Source: Mustelus asterias
Lineage: Eukaryota
Direction of reading: 5' to 3'
DNA: 64,000 nt
NCBI RefSeq assembly: GCF_964213995.1
Contig: NW_027590302.1
Span: 124,001 to 188,000, forward strand
This document shows, in pieces, positions 37,289-51,365 of the stretch; positions within the stretch are counted from its first letter, which is position 1; every line of letters starts with the position of its first letter. Under the pieces are notes generated by a model that was given only the letters and a program-made list of their open reading frames with translations, ran no database searches and had not been told where the DNA came from. The position numbers and the translations under genes were made by a program.

Positions 37289-38584
37289 AAATAGAATATA
37301 CCATTTGGCCTGTTCGCGGGAGAGACTCTCAAAGAAATCACTCAACGCTCATGGTTGGTCCTCGCATCAAACGATTTATTTTCGCCGGCGGGGAGATGGC
37401 TTCTGCTTAACCCAGTGCCTCTCTCCGACGAACAAGGGAAAAACATCCATTCTTATACATTTTTCAAACATCTCCACAGCCGATCACGGCTGTACCTCGT
37501 CCAATAACATTGATTGCAGATTACATACAGCAGTCACATATCCAATTAAAAAGGTGGTTTTGTGCATCATCAGTTCGACTAATGGACACGACTCATGGTA
37601 CCTCAGTCAATATTATCTTTCTTTCTCCCATCAGGAGTTCTTGAGTGTAAAATACTCCTTGTACAGTGCCATTTCACGAGACAGGGGCAACGGTGACAGA
37701 ATTAGCAATTGTTGCATTTACCTTGAACTTAGAGGATTGCTCGGCTATTTCAAAGGAGAGTTAAGAAGCAACCACTCGTGGAGTGGCATTTAGGACAGGG
37801 CAGGCAACGATGGTACATTTCCTTCCCGATATAATAGAGTTCGGCAGAGGCGTTTCCCAACAATCAATTATAGCTTCATGGCTTCATAGCTTATCATCTC
37901 CCATGACTGTTCTCCCTAATCCTCCGCGTCTGGTTTTCATCCGAGGCCTCAGATCATAGACTGGTACAAGTCAATAGTATGTGTGGTGTATTGTACACAA
38001 GTTTATGCTTGACCCAGCTAATGGTGTTCAGGAATGTGGGTAAAAGCTAGCATTCATCTTGTGTCGTATTACTATCCTGAGCTCCTGTTAACATGGTGGA
38101 GATTACATGCATGCCCTTTGTGATCATATAACAGGAAATACATACATATTTATTATATGTTATTTATTCCCACTAATATAAATTGCTATACAGGTACCTT
38201 TGAATATAAATTGTTATACAGGCACCTAAACCAAGGATATTGTTTCCCCTAAACCTGTTCTTCAAATCTCCCTGCAACAGGAACCCCAAGTTTAATATTA
38301 AAACTAGATATAAAACTAATGTTAAGAATATCGAATTATTCTCAGTAACGTCTGATAGGGTGTTGCATGTCTGCCTGTACGGTACATCTTCTATCCTTAG
38401 TACATTTGAGAACAAAAGCTGAATTCCGATAGGGAATGTTTGAACACAAATCAGATTTAATACACATAAAAATCGAAGTGAACAGTGATGGGAGAGGCTG
38501 AAGGCAAGCGTGATGAGAAGGAGATGCTGGTGCGGTGGTAATGTCACTAGACTGGCAGTTGAGATGCGCAAACTACACCTTGGA

Positions 38585-39300
38585 AGGAACAATACAAGAT
38601 GGTACTCAATTTATCACAGGGCACTAGGAATCTAAGACGAACAGAGGGTTCTACGAGTGTTCGTCCACAGATCCGTGAAAGCAGCAGGACAGCTTATGAG
38701 GATAGTTTAAAAGAGATACGGGAGTCCTGTCTTCAGCAGTCGTGTGATAAGTTATAAGAGCATAGAGGTTATTTTACAGCAGTGCAGAACTTCAGTTAGG
38801 CAACGAATGCAGTAACTTATGAAGTTCTGGTCATCTGAATATAGCAAGGATATGCTTGCACGGGAGAGGCTGCCAGGAGTTTCAACGGGATGGGCCAGGA
38901 ATTGAGTATCTGATAGGCTCGGGTTGTTCTCTTTAGGGCAGAGTAAGCTGATGAGAGATCAGATTAACGTCTAAAAGATTATGAGGAGAATGGACAGGGT
39001 CGATAGGAAACAACTTTTCCGCTTAGTTGAAGGGTCAAAAAGGAGAAGCAGATTTTTAAGGCGAGGGGTAGGAGGCTCAGATGTGTTTTAAGGAACAATA
39101 TTTCACCCAAACACTGCTGGGAGTCATTGCCTGAGAATGCCGTAGAAGCAAAAAACCTCCAAACCGTTAAAATGTATGTGGATGATCACATGGGATATCA
39201 TAACAATAGATGCGCTGGACCAAGTGCTCAAAAGTGAAGATATAGTCTACTTTGCTGTGCAGACCCAATGGGCCTAATGACCTCTTCTTCATTATATTAC
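38585..39300 (+). mobile_element. Heavily decayed CR1 3' fragment
   Basis: Residual EQRVLRVFVHRSVKAAG and GLFSL-type CR1 motifs. Confidence 0.6.
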
Positions 39301-39969
39301 TTACTGTACGATTACGATGTAGACCTGAGTTCAAAGCCCACACGCTAGTTAGTCCGGTTTAAATTGAATGAACAAAACCTAGAATAAAAGTTAGCCGTAC
39401 TAATATTGATCAGGCCGTTAATTGGCGTCAAGAAGACCTATCTGATGTATTTTTTCTTTGGAACAAGGAAATAAGGTTCAGCTAATAGGGACTTTTTTCC
39501 TGAGCTGGTACAAAATGTTCAGCTGCCAATAAATTGGGACATTTCGCTCTGATGGAACACAGTAAACAATCAGTGAATTAGACTAGTGGTCTCTATGCTC
39601 CAGGTAGATCACGTGTCAGTAAATTTAGATGTTCTTTGTCCCCAGTGCAAGGTAACCTCTTATTTCATTGGATTGCTGCTGTCACTGATTAAGGAAGGTC
39701 AACTGTAAATAACTCATGACATTTGAATGACTGGCCACAGAAATTCGCCAGATCAGTCTCACAGATATATGTGGCTCATTCTCGTATTGTGTGATCACCT
39801 TTACAATTATGTCCACAGCGGTTCTGTCTGTGCAGGACTCAAAGCAGAAAAATGGTTCCTGTTCACGTTAATCAATATGAAATCTTGTAAATTACATTGC
39901 TTGCTAAATGTAGAAGATAGCAATGACATTCATATAGGACAGAGTTACGTATTTAATTTATTCCTGTCA

Positions 39970-42900
39970 TCATTTAACCAGGTGGCATAGTACATTCAGG
40001 GAGTCTTGGAGCAAAACCTTTAACTGATCCCTGAATTTACTTTGAGTTACAGCATAAATAAATGTGTTTGTGCAGCAACTCAAAAGCTGGAGCATATTTG
40101 AAGACTCAATGAGGATAAATTTGGGGTCACTGAAGCCATTGACTTTATAATCATTCGTCAATCGCTCATACAAGAACTGTATAACATACGTCATCCAGAG
40201 GAGGATGAAACTACCAGAAATAGCGAACAGTAAGACAATGGACTTCCTGCGGCATTCCATTTCTGGGTCATTATGTTTCGCTCCATTGTTTTTGTCCCAG
40301 AGTCTCCTGCGTGCTTTATTAGCCACCAGAATGTTCCTCACAGTCAGTGCATTAAGCAAAACAATCAGAAGAAATGGGAGACATGGGGTTAAAAGATGAT
40401 CGAACCAATCAAATGCTGTCCAGGCAGGAGAAGTAAAACGGATATAATTAAGTCTGCAATACCAGGGTACATTGTCAACGATGTAGAAAGGTTTGTGTAT
40501 AAAGTACCAAGGAATATTGGTTAAACAACCCAGTGCACAGATCAATCCTATGACAATAGCTGCTGTTTTTTCGGTGCAATATTCTGTTTTCAGCTTCTGG
40601 CAACAAATGGCGACAAACCTATCAAACGTGAAAGCGACTGTTAACCAGACAGAGCAGACCCTGGCTGCATACGTCAGTGCAATATTGACACTACACACTG
40701 GAGTGATGGACAAAAAACTACCTGGAAAATAAATACCAGGAATTCGGTTTAATATTACAGCGGTAACAATGACCCAGAGATCTGTCACTGCCATAAATAC
40801 TAGGTACCGAGTAATGCATCTGGAGAGACCACATCTTCCGCTGGACAGGATCACAATCGTCACTATGTTCACTGTAGGGAAGACGGGGAGAAGATGATGA
40901 ATGGTTAAATAATACACACAAAAGAGCAGTAAACATATCGGTAAGAATTCCATAAATGTAATAGCTCCAGTACTTGAAGTGAGGAGAACTGTTACAACCA
41001 ACCAAGAAGAAGGTGAGGTGGGCACAGGCTCACATATAATCGACGCACAGTATTCAATCAAGGGGAAACAGAAAACAATTAATAATTGCTGGCGATTCCG
41101 TTTTTATATGTCGATTGTATAATGATGAATCAAGTAGATGAATGACAGGTGCATGAAATTATAACACAATTACAAGTAAGTACACGTAAAAGGCAAAGTA
41201 CCAGATGAAATAAACATTTCACCAATCAAAAGAAGATTATAAGACTTTATTTGGCTGCAACCAGCGCTCTCGTGACCTCCATCTCCAACCCCATCCTCGC
41301 CACAGAAATGTTTCTCAATAGGTTAGAACCGCTTTACTGTTAGAACCTCAACATCTCTTTGGCAGAGCCACGAACCACAATCAATACCGAATCAATTAAG
41401 CAATCCAAGTATCGTTGTAAACATGATATTGACCTGAGCTTCAGGCCTGCAAAGCCTTCTTCAATTCAGCGATTAATTTTTATTCCAATCATTAGATGGG
41501 AGCAAGTTATTTATTATCAAGTAAAGGTGAAGAGAGAAAACAATGAACAGTGGGCTGGTTAGTCTAATCCAGTGGTTCCCAAAGGGCGCGGTGCGCCACA
41601 CTGGTGCGGCGAAAGAGGATGGCAAGTGTGGCGGGAAGATTCAAGGACAATCAAAGAAACATTTAAACATGGATAGATATTTTTCCAAAGTGAGAGCAAA
41701 AGCATCATGTGATGCTGAGGACGATCCGACTCCACGTTGTGATCCAGAATCGCCGTTCGAACAGAGTGCTGAAGAAGAGTCGTTTAATTCTACACCAGTA
41801 GCAGGCCCAAGCAAACCTCTAAAAAAGAAAGTTTGTCGGCAATATATGGATAGCTATCTGAGTCTCGGTTTCACATGGACTGGAGATGAAAACGTACCTC
41901 GGCGTACGTGTTTGATCTGTGGTGAGAAGCTTTCCAATACCAACATGGTCCCAAGCAAGATGAAAAGACATCTGTTTGCAAAACATGGAAATCTGGCAAA
42001 CAAGGATGTTCAATATTTTGAAAAGCTTTTGGAACAGCAGAAATGCAAACGATCATATTTCGAAAAACGAATGACAATCTCAGATAAGATGCAGATTGTA
42101 TCTTACGAAGTGACTGAATTGATTGCTCAACAGGCAAAGCCACATAAAATAGCTGAAAAATTGATTCAGCCTGCCTGCAGCTTGATTGTGAAAACTTTGT
42201 TTGGTGATGATGCTGAGAGAGAAGTTACGGAAATTCCTTTGTCTGATAATACAATTCGCAGAGGAATAGTTGATATGTCAGCTAATATTGAGAAGCGTGT
42301 TTCCGAAAGTTTATGAAGACTTCTAAATTTGCCATTCAAGTTGATGAATCGACTGACATTAGTGGAAAAGCACAGTTGCTTGCCTATATCAGATTCATTC
42401 ACAATGACGAAATAATCACACAGTTTCAATTTTGCAAGGAACTTGAAAAACATACCAGAGGACAAGATATTTTCCAAACCTTGTCTGAGTATTTGGAAAA
42501 AGTTGAGATTTCATGGGATTCTTGTATTGGAATTCGTACGGATGGAGCGCCATGTATGATAGGGAATGTGAGAGGCTTGGCGGCACTCAGCAAACAGAAA
42601 AATCCAGATGTAATATCAACTCACTGTTTTTTACACAGAGAGGCATTAATCACCAAGACCCTTGTCGCTGATTTGAAGTTGGTTCTCGATCAGACTGTGC
42701 GCATTGTGAACTTCATCAAAGCAAAACAACTAAACGCGTGGTTATTTGCTCAACTCTGCAAAGACATGGAATCAAAACATCAGTGTCTAATTCTGCTCTC
42801 GGAGGGTCGCTGGATGTCCCGTGGAAAAGTTTTAAATCGGGTGTTGGAACTGAAGAACGAATTAAGAGAATTTTTGGAACAAGAAGGGAACCCATTGTAC

Positions 42901-45900
42901 CACCAACTGCATGACAATGACTGGTGTGCAAAGCTGGCATATTTGGCCGATATATTTTCCCGGTTGAATGTGCTCAATGTCAGTGTGCAAGGCCGCGATG
43001 ACAATATCCTCACAACTACAAACAAACTAACTGCATTCAAAAAAAAAGCTTCAGCTCTGGCTCGGAAGAGCAGTGCAACATAATCTCGAAATATTCCCAC
43101 TGGTCAAAAGTTTTAAAACGAGCAATGAATTGTACGGCTTCATGCAGGAACATCTTGCAACACTGGTAGAAAAGATTGATCATTACTTCCCATCGTTGTC
43201 TATAGAAAAATTCGACTGGGTTAGAGACCCCTTTGCGAATTCCAGCTGTTCAGGTCTGACATTGGATGATGAGGAGGAAATGGCCTGCATTTCAAGTGAT
43301 CGCATCTTGAAAATGAAACACGGGAGTATGCCACTGGACTCTTTTTTGGATATACAACCAGAAACAGTATCCACGCATCTCTTCAAGAGCATTAGCTATT
43401 CTTCTACAGTTCTCCACGACATATTGTTGTGAACAGGGATTTTCAGCTGTGACAAATATCAAAGACCAGAAAAGAGAAAGGCTTCTTTGTGTTGAGGAGG
43501 AGATGAGAGTTTGTTTGTCTCAAATTAGACCTAATATAAATGAGATTACCCGACAAAAACAATCTCACACCTCTCATTGAGTTTGTATACTTACTTAAGG
43601 TTACATATGTAAGACGCTCGTCTAGAAGTATATTTTGGGAATGAATCATGTTTTTATGCAGCTGCATTGTTTTATACATTCTGGGTGTCCCATGATCATA
43701 TTATAAAATAGTTGTGTTCTATGTTATGAATCAAGCACTGCTAGGAGTTGTTTTTTTTTGTTTTTGAATGTATTTCTTATCAAGAAAAAATTCGGTGTGG
43801 CGCGAGCAAATGTTTATTCCGAATGTGCGGCCCAGTGAATTAAATTTGGGAACCACTGGTCTAATCAATGAGCATAGTCGGTAAAATGCAGGTTATCGTT
43901 AGGATCTTGGTAATAGGGCACTTTACAATACACAAGCTGATTAAGCAGATTGAATACGAAAATGAAAAGAAACCAGTCCCAGTAATGCTGTTAAGAATTT
44001 TGAAAACATAACTCGTAAAATCGGTAAGACCGAACTAATTGACATGGTATATTTGACTTTATTTTTACTGCCACGGAATTAATGCACTAAAATTGCATTT
44101 ATTGTAATGTTTGTAATATATTAAGCTGAACTGAGAATTGACGAATGTGTAGAAAATGGAGAGTAGGCTGTAACGAATGATGCACCACAATAAACAGAAC
44201 AAAAGCCTAACTTATGTGGAATTCTTGTCAGTGAATTTAATAAGGCGCTTGAGTGCAATAACGGTAAGTTGGCTGACTATAAAATGTGAGACGGGAATGG
44301 GTACCCTGGAGCTGCAAAGAACAATAGTTTTGCAACAGTTCAGGAACATCGCATATCGAAGGCAAAGTTTGAAGTGCCAAGTTATTCACTTTGGTGGAGA
44401 GAAACAAAAGAAAATATTTGGGACTGGTGCGAGAATTGAAATTGTATACATTAAGGGGAAAATGATGTCCTTGTATACAAATTACAAAATTTCAATGCAC
44501 AGATACAGCAAGTAGTTAGGAAGGCTAATGTTGTCTTTGTCGACAAATGGATGAGACATAAAAGTAAATATTTATGACTACAATTATAGAAAGCATTCGT
44601 GAGATCATATTTCGAATATGGGCTGCCATTGTGTCCTCTTGATGGAATAAATGGTCGATCTTCCTTGGATTGCAGCCACGAAGTTCCTGCAGGCAGGTTC
44701 CGGGAGATGATTGTTTGAAAGACATAAAATCATTTACGTTCTTGCCAGGTTGTACGATGAGAAAATGTTTCTGTTCATTGAGCACGAGGTCAACTTCTCA
44801 CAATAAGTGTTGGTCGTTTTGGAAAGTGAAGCGGAAATATTTCCTTGAGCACAAGGGTGTGAATCTTTGGGACTCAGTACCCAGAGATCTGTGCCACATT
44901 CTCAGTCGTTGAGTAGGTTTAAGGTAAATGTCGGCATATCCCTGTGTTTGAAGGGAATTAAAGAATTAAGTGCGAGTTAAGGTTGAGGACGAGTTATGGA
45001 CTTATTGAATGGCACAGCGGGCTCAAAGGGCGAATAGACTACTCCAGTTCGCATCCCCATATACATTTATGTTGACTGGAACATTGATTTAACTGCTTAT
45101 TCGAAACAATCACATCTGCAATGCACTACTCCATATATCCTTTCTCGTCGTCATGGATATGATCCAAACTCTTGATGAAAGGCATACTATCATTATGGAA
45201 AAAATCTCAAGTCTCAAATAAATTGAGATCATTCAGCAACAAATGAAAATCCTGACTTAAGTAGAAAGTCGCGTCAAAAGGCATTCAGAATCAACAAAGA
45301 TCAGCCCCAATGGAGCCAGAATATAGATTGGAGTCAGTAAACTTCTGGATTTTGAGCGGATTTTCAAAACGGGTGATTGAGTAAATATGAGGGGATGGAT
45401 GTGGAATGACGGAACAATCTGGAATTTCAATGAATAGTGCATAGGATCGGTTGAATGTTTAAACCCGTGAACGAGACTTCAGGAAAGAATAAGTGCTGGA
45501 GACACCAAGGACAGACTCCTTAACCGGAAACTGAAAGGAAACGTGGGCTGGGAGATTGTTCTAGAGAGTCCAAGAGACCCTTGTCTGGGATGAGATGCGG
45601 GTGATCATCCAAATTAGTGGAAGCAAGAGTGATAGATCAAAGTGAACTCGTGAAATTTACTGCCTCTGAAAAATGCATCATTAATGAATTTGGTTGCTCA
45701 CTTCATTCTCAAAAATAAGCAATAACACATCAGGTTAATACTTGCCTTCAGAAAGTTCATTCCTTAAATCCAATCACAATCTCATTACATAAATTGGTCC
45801 AACAGTTTAATTTAAGAATTTAAGAATTATTTCGTCAAATTAGTTAGGCATTGAAATATTTGAGATATTCTGTCAGGAGCGGCATAATTTTGGAACTAAC

Positions 45901-46714
45901 GCAATTAGTTTGATTTAATATCGAGTTGGATATAAAATAAAGATAGCATGATACAAAAAGATCAATTATATCCAAGTAATGCAACCATACTTGTTAGCTG
46001 GTGACATTCGAATTCCTTTGCCATTGACAGAACAGTTAGCGAATTCTTAGACAGTAAGAAAAGCAGCAGCTTCGAGTCACATTTTCTGAGCCCTCTACAT
46101 TTTAGTCATATATAGATGGGCAAGATTTCTGCTTTAGTATTTCCGTGAATGGATTTTCAATATTTCGGTCACACGAGGATGGAATGATTAAGAACGGAGG
46201 GGGAGGGGTGATAGAGGTCTTGGAGGAGCGCAGACGAGTTCCAAATAATTTCTCCCTCTGTCTGAGGAAAAATATTCTGAAATCACAGCTGAACTGCGTC
46301 CTCTAAATTTCAGGCCTCACCTCTTTGTTCTGAACATGTACACCAGCGTGGATAAGGATACATCTGTTCCTCTACCACGACTTATTCAAACAACTTACAC
46401 ATCTCTCAATTTCCATGCCCAGGAACTAAAAAGGATGCAAAATTTTCTTCTTACTTAAACCTGGTAGATCCGGAACTGTCCAGTGAATCAATGCAGCTAA
46501 CACCGTCCTTCCAAGGTGAATGCATGCTCCCTGGGATTATAATGTCAGTACTGAAGACAATGCCATTGACTCCATCTAATCAGGACGTTAATTTTCAGAC
46601 CCCCTTCAGACAAAAAGGTGTTCAATTAAATAATGAATATGTTGCAGCGATACTATACCTGGGACAGCAATAGCTGCAAATGGCATAGATGAGACCTCTG
46701 GGTGGTGCATGCAT
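39970..46714 (-). CDS. GPR139-like class A GPCR, two exons (46714 or 46710 to 46659; 40871 to 39970); exon 1 has a 14-nt deletion relative to paralog
   Basis: Exon 2 is an open 902-nt exon (AFTFDRFVAICCQKLK, LLSCCTNTFIYAVTQSKFR) after CTTCCCTACAG; exon 1 aligns with 55506-55575 and ends GTCCCAG|GTATAG. Confidence 0.82.
41570..43858 (+). mobile_element. Full-length hAT transposon of the Buster/Charlie group (2289 bp)
   Basis: 14-bp TIRs CAGTGGTTCCCAAA (41570-41583) / TTTGGGAACCACTG (43845-43858); perfect 8-bp TSD GTCTAATC (41562-41569, 43859-43866). Confidence 0.96.
41669..43580 (+). pseudogene. Buster-type (ZBED5/ZBED8/SCAND3-like) transposase with about three frameshifts
   Basis: BED finger (CLICGEKL..PSKMKRHLFAKH), IPLSDNTI, FAIQVDESTDISG, TDGAPCM, HCFLHREAL, E.RWMSRG, WVRDPF and CEQGFS motifs spread over successive frames. 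Confidence 0.93.
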
Positions 46715-47639
46715 TTTCTGGGAAATGCAACTGTTTCCTGTTCGAAATCCAAATTTGCTCCGCCCAATACACAAACGAGCTTTTTATGACAGCTGAGAGA
46801 AACCTCAGAGACACAATTAGAAACATCATCGCTCACGTTAGTTACACTCATTGAACAGACAAGTCGTGCGACTCATTATTTTTATTACATGCAAACACTA
46901 AAAATTTAGGTTATCTTGCATCACCTTGAATGTTAATAACGGTCACTGAACAAACATAGAAACATAGAAACTTAGAAACATAGAAGATAAGAACAGGAGG
47001 AGGCCAAACAAGGCAGTTCAGTTGACTTCCTTTCACCCCGAATGCAGTAGGATGAATAAACATGGATATCAAAATGTTGTGAAGGGAAACGTTATGGTGT
47101 TTAGGGAAGGAAACCTTCCATCCTGCCCCGATATGGCATATATTTGATTCCAACCCCATATCAATGTATTCTCCCTAGGTACACTCTGAAGCCAGTAATT
47201 GCGAACGGTTAGAAATAAACATAGGAATAAAGCCTGAAAGCTACAATAGCATGAGACCTAGGCATAGAAAGCAGCGACTTCAATGCCACTGACAACCCAG
47301 ACCACTGCAAAAGCCCTCCACACGAACATGCAGGAATTGGCGTTACATTTGCGAAGACTGCTTCACCGGCTATTTCAACAACACTCATACGCCCAAAATT
47401 ATCCCTTTATTTTAAGGTGACCTGGCACAGTACCCGATCACCAATGATATAGGCTTAAGTGAAAAATTCCCATTTTTTGTTGAGATCAGTGGTCCTAGAA
47501 ACTTTAAACTTTGCTGGTTCACCGCATGACAGGCCAATGGGTTAATAATAAGGGGCAATTATTCATAATTCGTTGGTAGTTTAGTTTTGGGTTTATTCAG
47601 ATAATTGTAGTATATCAGCCCAATAATATTATATGAAAG

Positions 47640-47770
47640 CAACTTACTGCAGAACCTGGAATCTGGAACAAAAACAGAAACTGCTGGTAAATCTCAGCAT
47701 GTCGAACACCATTTCTGCAGAGAGAATAGAGCTAACGTTTCGAGTATGCATGACTCTTTGTCAGAGTTGA
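47640..47770. mobile_element. Short Penelope-like terminal fragment
   Basis: Similar to 18140-18240 (AAAACAGAAACTGCTGGTAAATCTCAGCA..GCTAACGTTTCGAGT). Confidence 0.55.
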
Positions 47771-48329
47771 TTTTATTTGCAATCCTCGGACACTAACTCA
47801 ATACGTGACCTCGTCATTATTGCAGCACACCTACACTTGCCAAAGTTTAATGAATATCGAGCCCTGATGCCAGTGATGCCAGATATCGAAGTTGAACATT
47901 TAGAGGTGTGAGACCATCCCCAACAATTATAATCGATCAGCTGTGTTCCCTGAAATCAAAAAACGTTGCACAAAGAAAACCAATGTTATAACATTCAGCA
48001 TTGAATCAGTGCAGTTTAACTTGTGCTGTGAAATCCTTTGATTCTTTCAGTATACAATCGAGATCCGTAATTAGCTTCTAGAAATGTATTGGTCTTTACA
48101 TTATCTACACTGAGGAATATGTAATATTTGAATGTGTCATATTGTATTTCACACACAAATCATATCCATGCACTGATTTTATCGGCATTTTCCCTAGATT
48201 TTATGCAACTTTGTAAAGATTTGTTGAATTTTTAATTAAGTTATGCCAAGCACTTGTAAATATATCAAACACATCTCATGGCAAGACCGTTCTCCCAACA
48301 AAAGGTAATTGATAATTACACTTTAAATT

Positions 48330-51300
48330 AAGTACGGCAGGTAGCTTAACGTTCCAGGATACAGATGTTTCAGGCGGGATAGAGGGGGATGTAAATGGGG
48401 TAGGGGTGTTGCACTACTGGTTAAGGAGGTATAGCAGCTGTACTGTTGGAGGACACCTCTGTCTGCTCATACAGCGAGGAAATATGGGTACGAGTTCAGG
48501 AATAGGAAGGCTGTAGTCACAATGTTGGAGGTTTCCCAAACAGCCAGTGGGAGATAGAGGGAGAGCTGCGTCGGCAGATTTTGGGAAAGGTGTACAAGTA
48601 ACAGAATTGTTGTGTGTGTGATTTTAACTTCACCTATATTGACTGGTACTCAGTGCTTGGGGCGTGTATGGGGCAGAGCTAGTAAGGACCATCCAGGAGG
48701 GCTTCTTGAATCAGTGTGTAGACAGTCCAACGAGGGGAGGGGCCGTACTGGACCTGGTATTCAGTACGGCAGAAATTCTGGAAATGACCACAATTCAGTA
48801 AGTATTAAGGTACTGATGGGAGAAGTTAAGTGTAGTCTTCAGGTGGAGGTGCTAATTTGGGGCAAGGCTAATTACAATAATATTAGGCAGGAACTGAACA
48901 ATGTAGATTGGTGGCAGATGCTTGAGGGCAAATGAACGTCTGGCATGTGGGAGGCTTTCATCTGTAAGTTGATAGGAATTCAGGACCGGCACGTTCCTGT
49001 AAAGATGAAGAACGTGTAGGCATGTTTCGGGAACCTTGAATAATGGGAGATATTAGGAGTCGACTCAAAAGGGAAAAAAAAGAAGCATTGTGTCAAGGCT
49101 AGAAGGCTGGCAACAAATAAAACAGTATGGAATACGAGGAGAGTAGAAATAAACTTAAACAAGGATTCAGGAGGGCAAAAATAGGTCATGAACAGTCATT
49201 GGTCGGCAGGATTCAGGAAAATTCGAAGGCGTTTTATAAATATATAAGGAGCAAGAACATGGCCATGGAGAGTGTTCGTCCACTCAAGCACAGGGGAGAG
49301 AAACTATGCGTGTCGCCAGAGGAAATGGGTGAGTTAATAAGTGAGTATTTTACATCTATATTCACTGAAGAGAAGGATTGGTGGATGATGAGTCTGGGAA
49401 AGCGTGTGTCGATAGTTTGGGTCATGTTGAGATCAAAAAGGAGGAGGTATTGGGGGTCTGGGAAAACATTAATGTAGGAAAGTCTCCAGGGCCTGATGGG
49501 ATATACCCCAGGATACTGAGAGAGGCAAGAGAGGAAATTGTTGGGGCCTGGAGAGATATATTTGCATCCTCACTGGCTGCAGGGAAGGTCCCAGAGGATT
49601 GGAGCATAGCAACTGTTGTTCACTTGTTTAAGAAGGCAAGGATAATCAAGGTAATTGCAGGCCGGTGAGTCTTACGACAGTGCAAACGAAACTATTCGAG
49701 AGGTTTCTTCGAGACAGGATTTCCTCCCACTTGCCAATACATGGACACATTCGCGAGAGGCAACAAAGTTGTGTGAATGGAAGATCGTATCTCACGAACT
49801 TGATCTAGTTTTTCGAGGAAGTGACGAAGATGATTGACGAGGGCAGGACAGTGGATGTTGTCTACATAGACTTTAGCAAGGCCTTTGACAATGGCCCTCA
49901 TGGCAGACTGGTACAGAAGGTGAAGTCGCACGGGATCAGAGGTGAGCTGGCAAGATGGATAGAGTACTGGTTCGGTCAAAGATGACAGAGGATAGTAGTG
50001 CAACGGTGCGTTTCTGAATGGAGAGTTGTCACGATTGACATTCCTCAAGGATCAATGCTGGGAGTTGCTGTTTGTAATATATTTATGTAAATTATTTGGA
50101 GGAAAATGTAACTGGTTTGATTAGTAAGTTTGTGGACAACATGAAGTTTGGTGGAATTGTGGATAGCGATGAGGAACGTAAAAGGATACAACAGGATATA
50201 GATCATAGAGTCATAGAGTCATAAAGGTTTGCAGCATGGAAACAGGCCCTTCGGACCAACTCGTCCATGCCGCCTTTTTTTTAAACCCCTAAGCTAATCC
50301 CAATTGCCCACATTTGGCCCATACCCTCTATACCCATCGTACCCATGTAACTATCTAAATGCTTTTTAACGGACATAATTGTATCCGCCTCTACTACTAC
50401 CTCTGGCAGCTTGTTCCAGACACTCACGGCCTACTGTGTGAAGAAATTGCCCCTCTAGACTCTTTTGTATCTCTCCCCTCTCACCTTAAATCTATGCCCT
50501 CTAGTTTTAGACTCCCCCATCCCTATCAGTTGGAGACTTGGGCGGGGAGATGGCAGCTGGAGTCTAATCCTGACAATTGTGAGGTAATGCATTTTGGAAG
50601 CTTTAATACAGATGGGAAATATACAGAAAATGGCTCTTCCCTTAAGAGTACTGATAGGCAGACGGATCTGGGTGCACAGATCGCTGGAAGTGGCAACGCA
50701 GTTGGAGAAGGCAATTGAGGTTTGTTTGCCTTCATCGGCACATTAAGCCTATGCCCCCTTATAATTGATTCTTCCACCCTGTGACAAAGCTTCTGACTAT
50801 CCATTCTATCAGGTCGTCCCTCAATCTCCATCTTTCCAGTGAGAACAAACCAAGTTTCTCAAAACTCTTCTCATCACTAATGCGCTCCATACCAGGCACC
50901 ATCCTGGTGAACCTTTTCTGCATCCTCTCCAAAGCCTCTACATCCTTCTGGTAGTGTGGACACCAGAATAGAACACTATATTCCAAGAGCGGCCGAACCA
51001 AACTTCTCTGAAGCAGCAACATGGCTTGCCAATTTTTAAACTCAATGCCCCGGCCGATGAAGGCAAACAAACCTCAATTACCTTCTCCACCTGCGTTGCC
51101 ACTTCCAGTGATCTGTGCACCTGTGAGATGAACGAGGCATGTCTTTTGCACTGCGGATGGTTGGTGCCTGGAACTCGCTGCTGGGTGAGGTAGTGGAAGC
51201 AGATATGATTGTAACGTTTAAGTGTCTTTTTGAAAAATACATGAGTAGGTTGGGAATAGAGGAAGGGTGGATTTTTTTTTAGTTCAGACAGGTCGCACGG

Positions 51301-51365
51301 TCGGTGAAGGCTTAGGGGAACGAAGGTTCTTTTCTTGTGCTGTAAGTTTCTTTGTTCTTTGTTTG
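48330..51365 (+). mobile_element. Long decayed CR1 LINE with a nested minus-strand CR1 tail (~50205-50520) and an inverted internal block (~50740-51120)
   Basis: WGKANY, KSPGPDGIYPRILRE, VDVVYIDFSKAFD motifs on +; MFAFIGRGIEFK..VRPLLEYSV on -. Confidence 0.88.
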
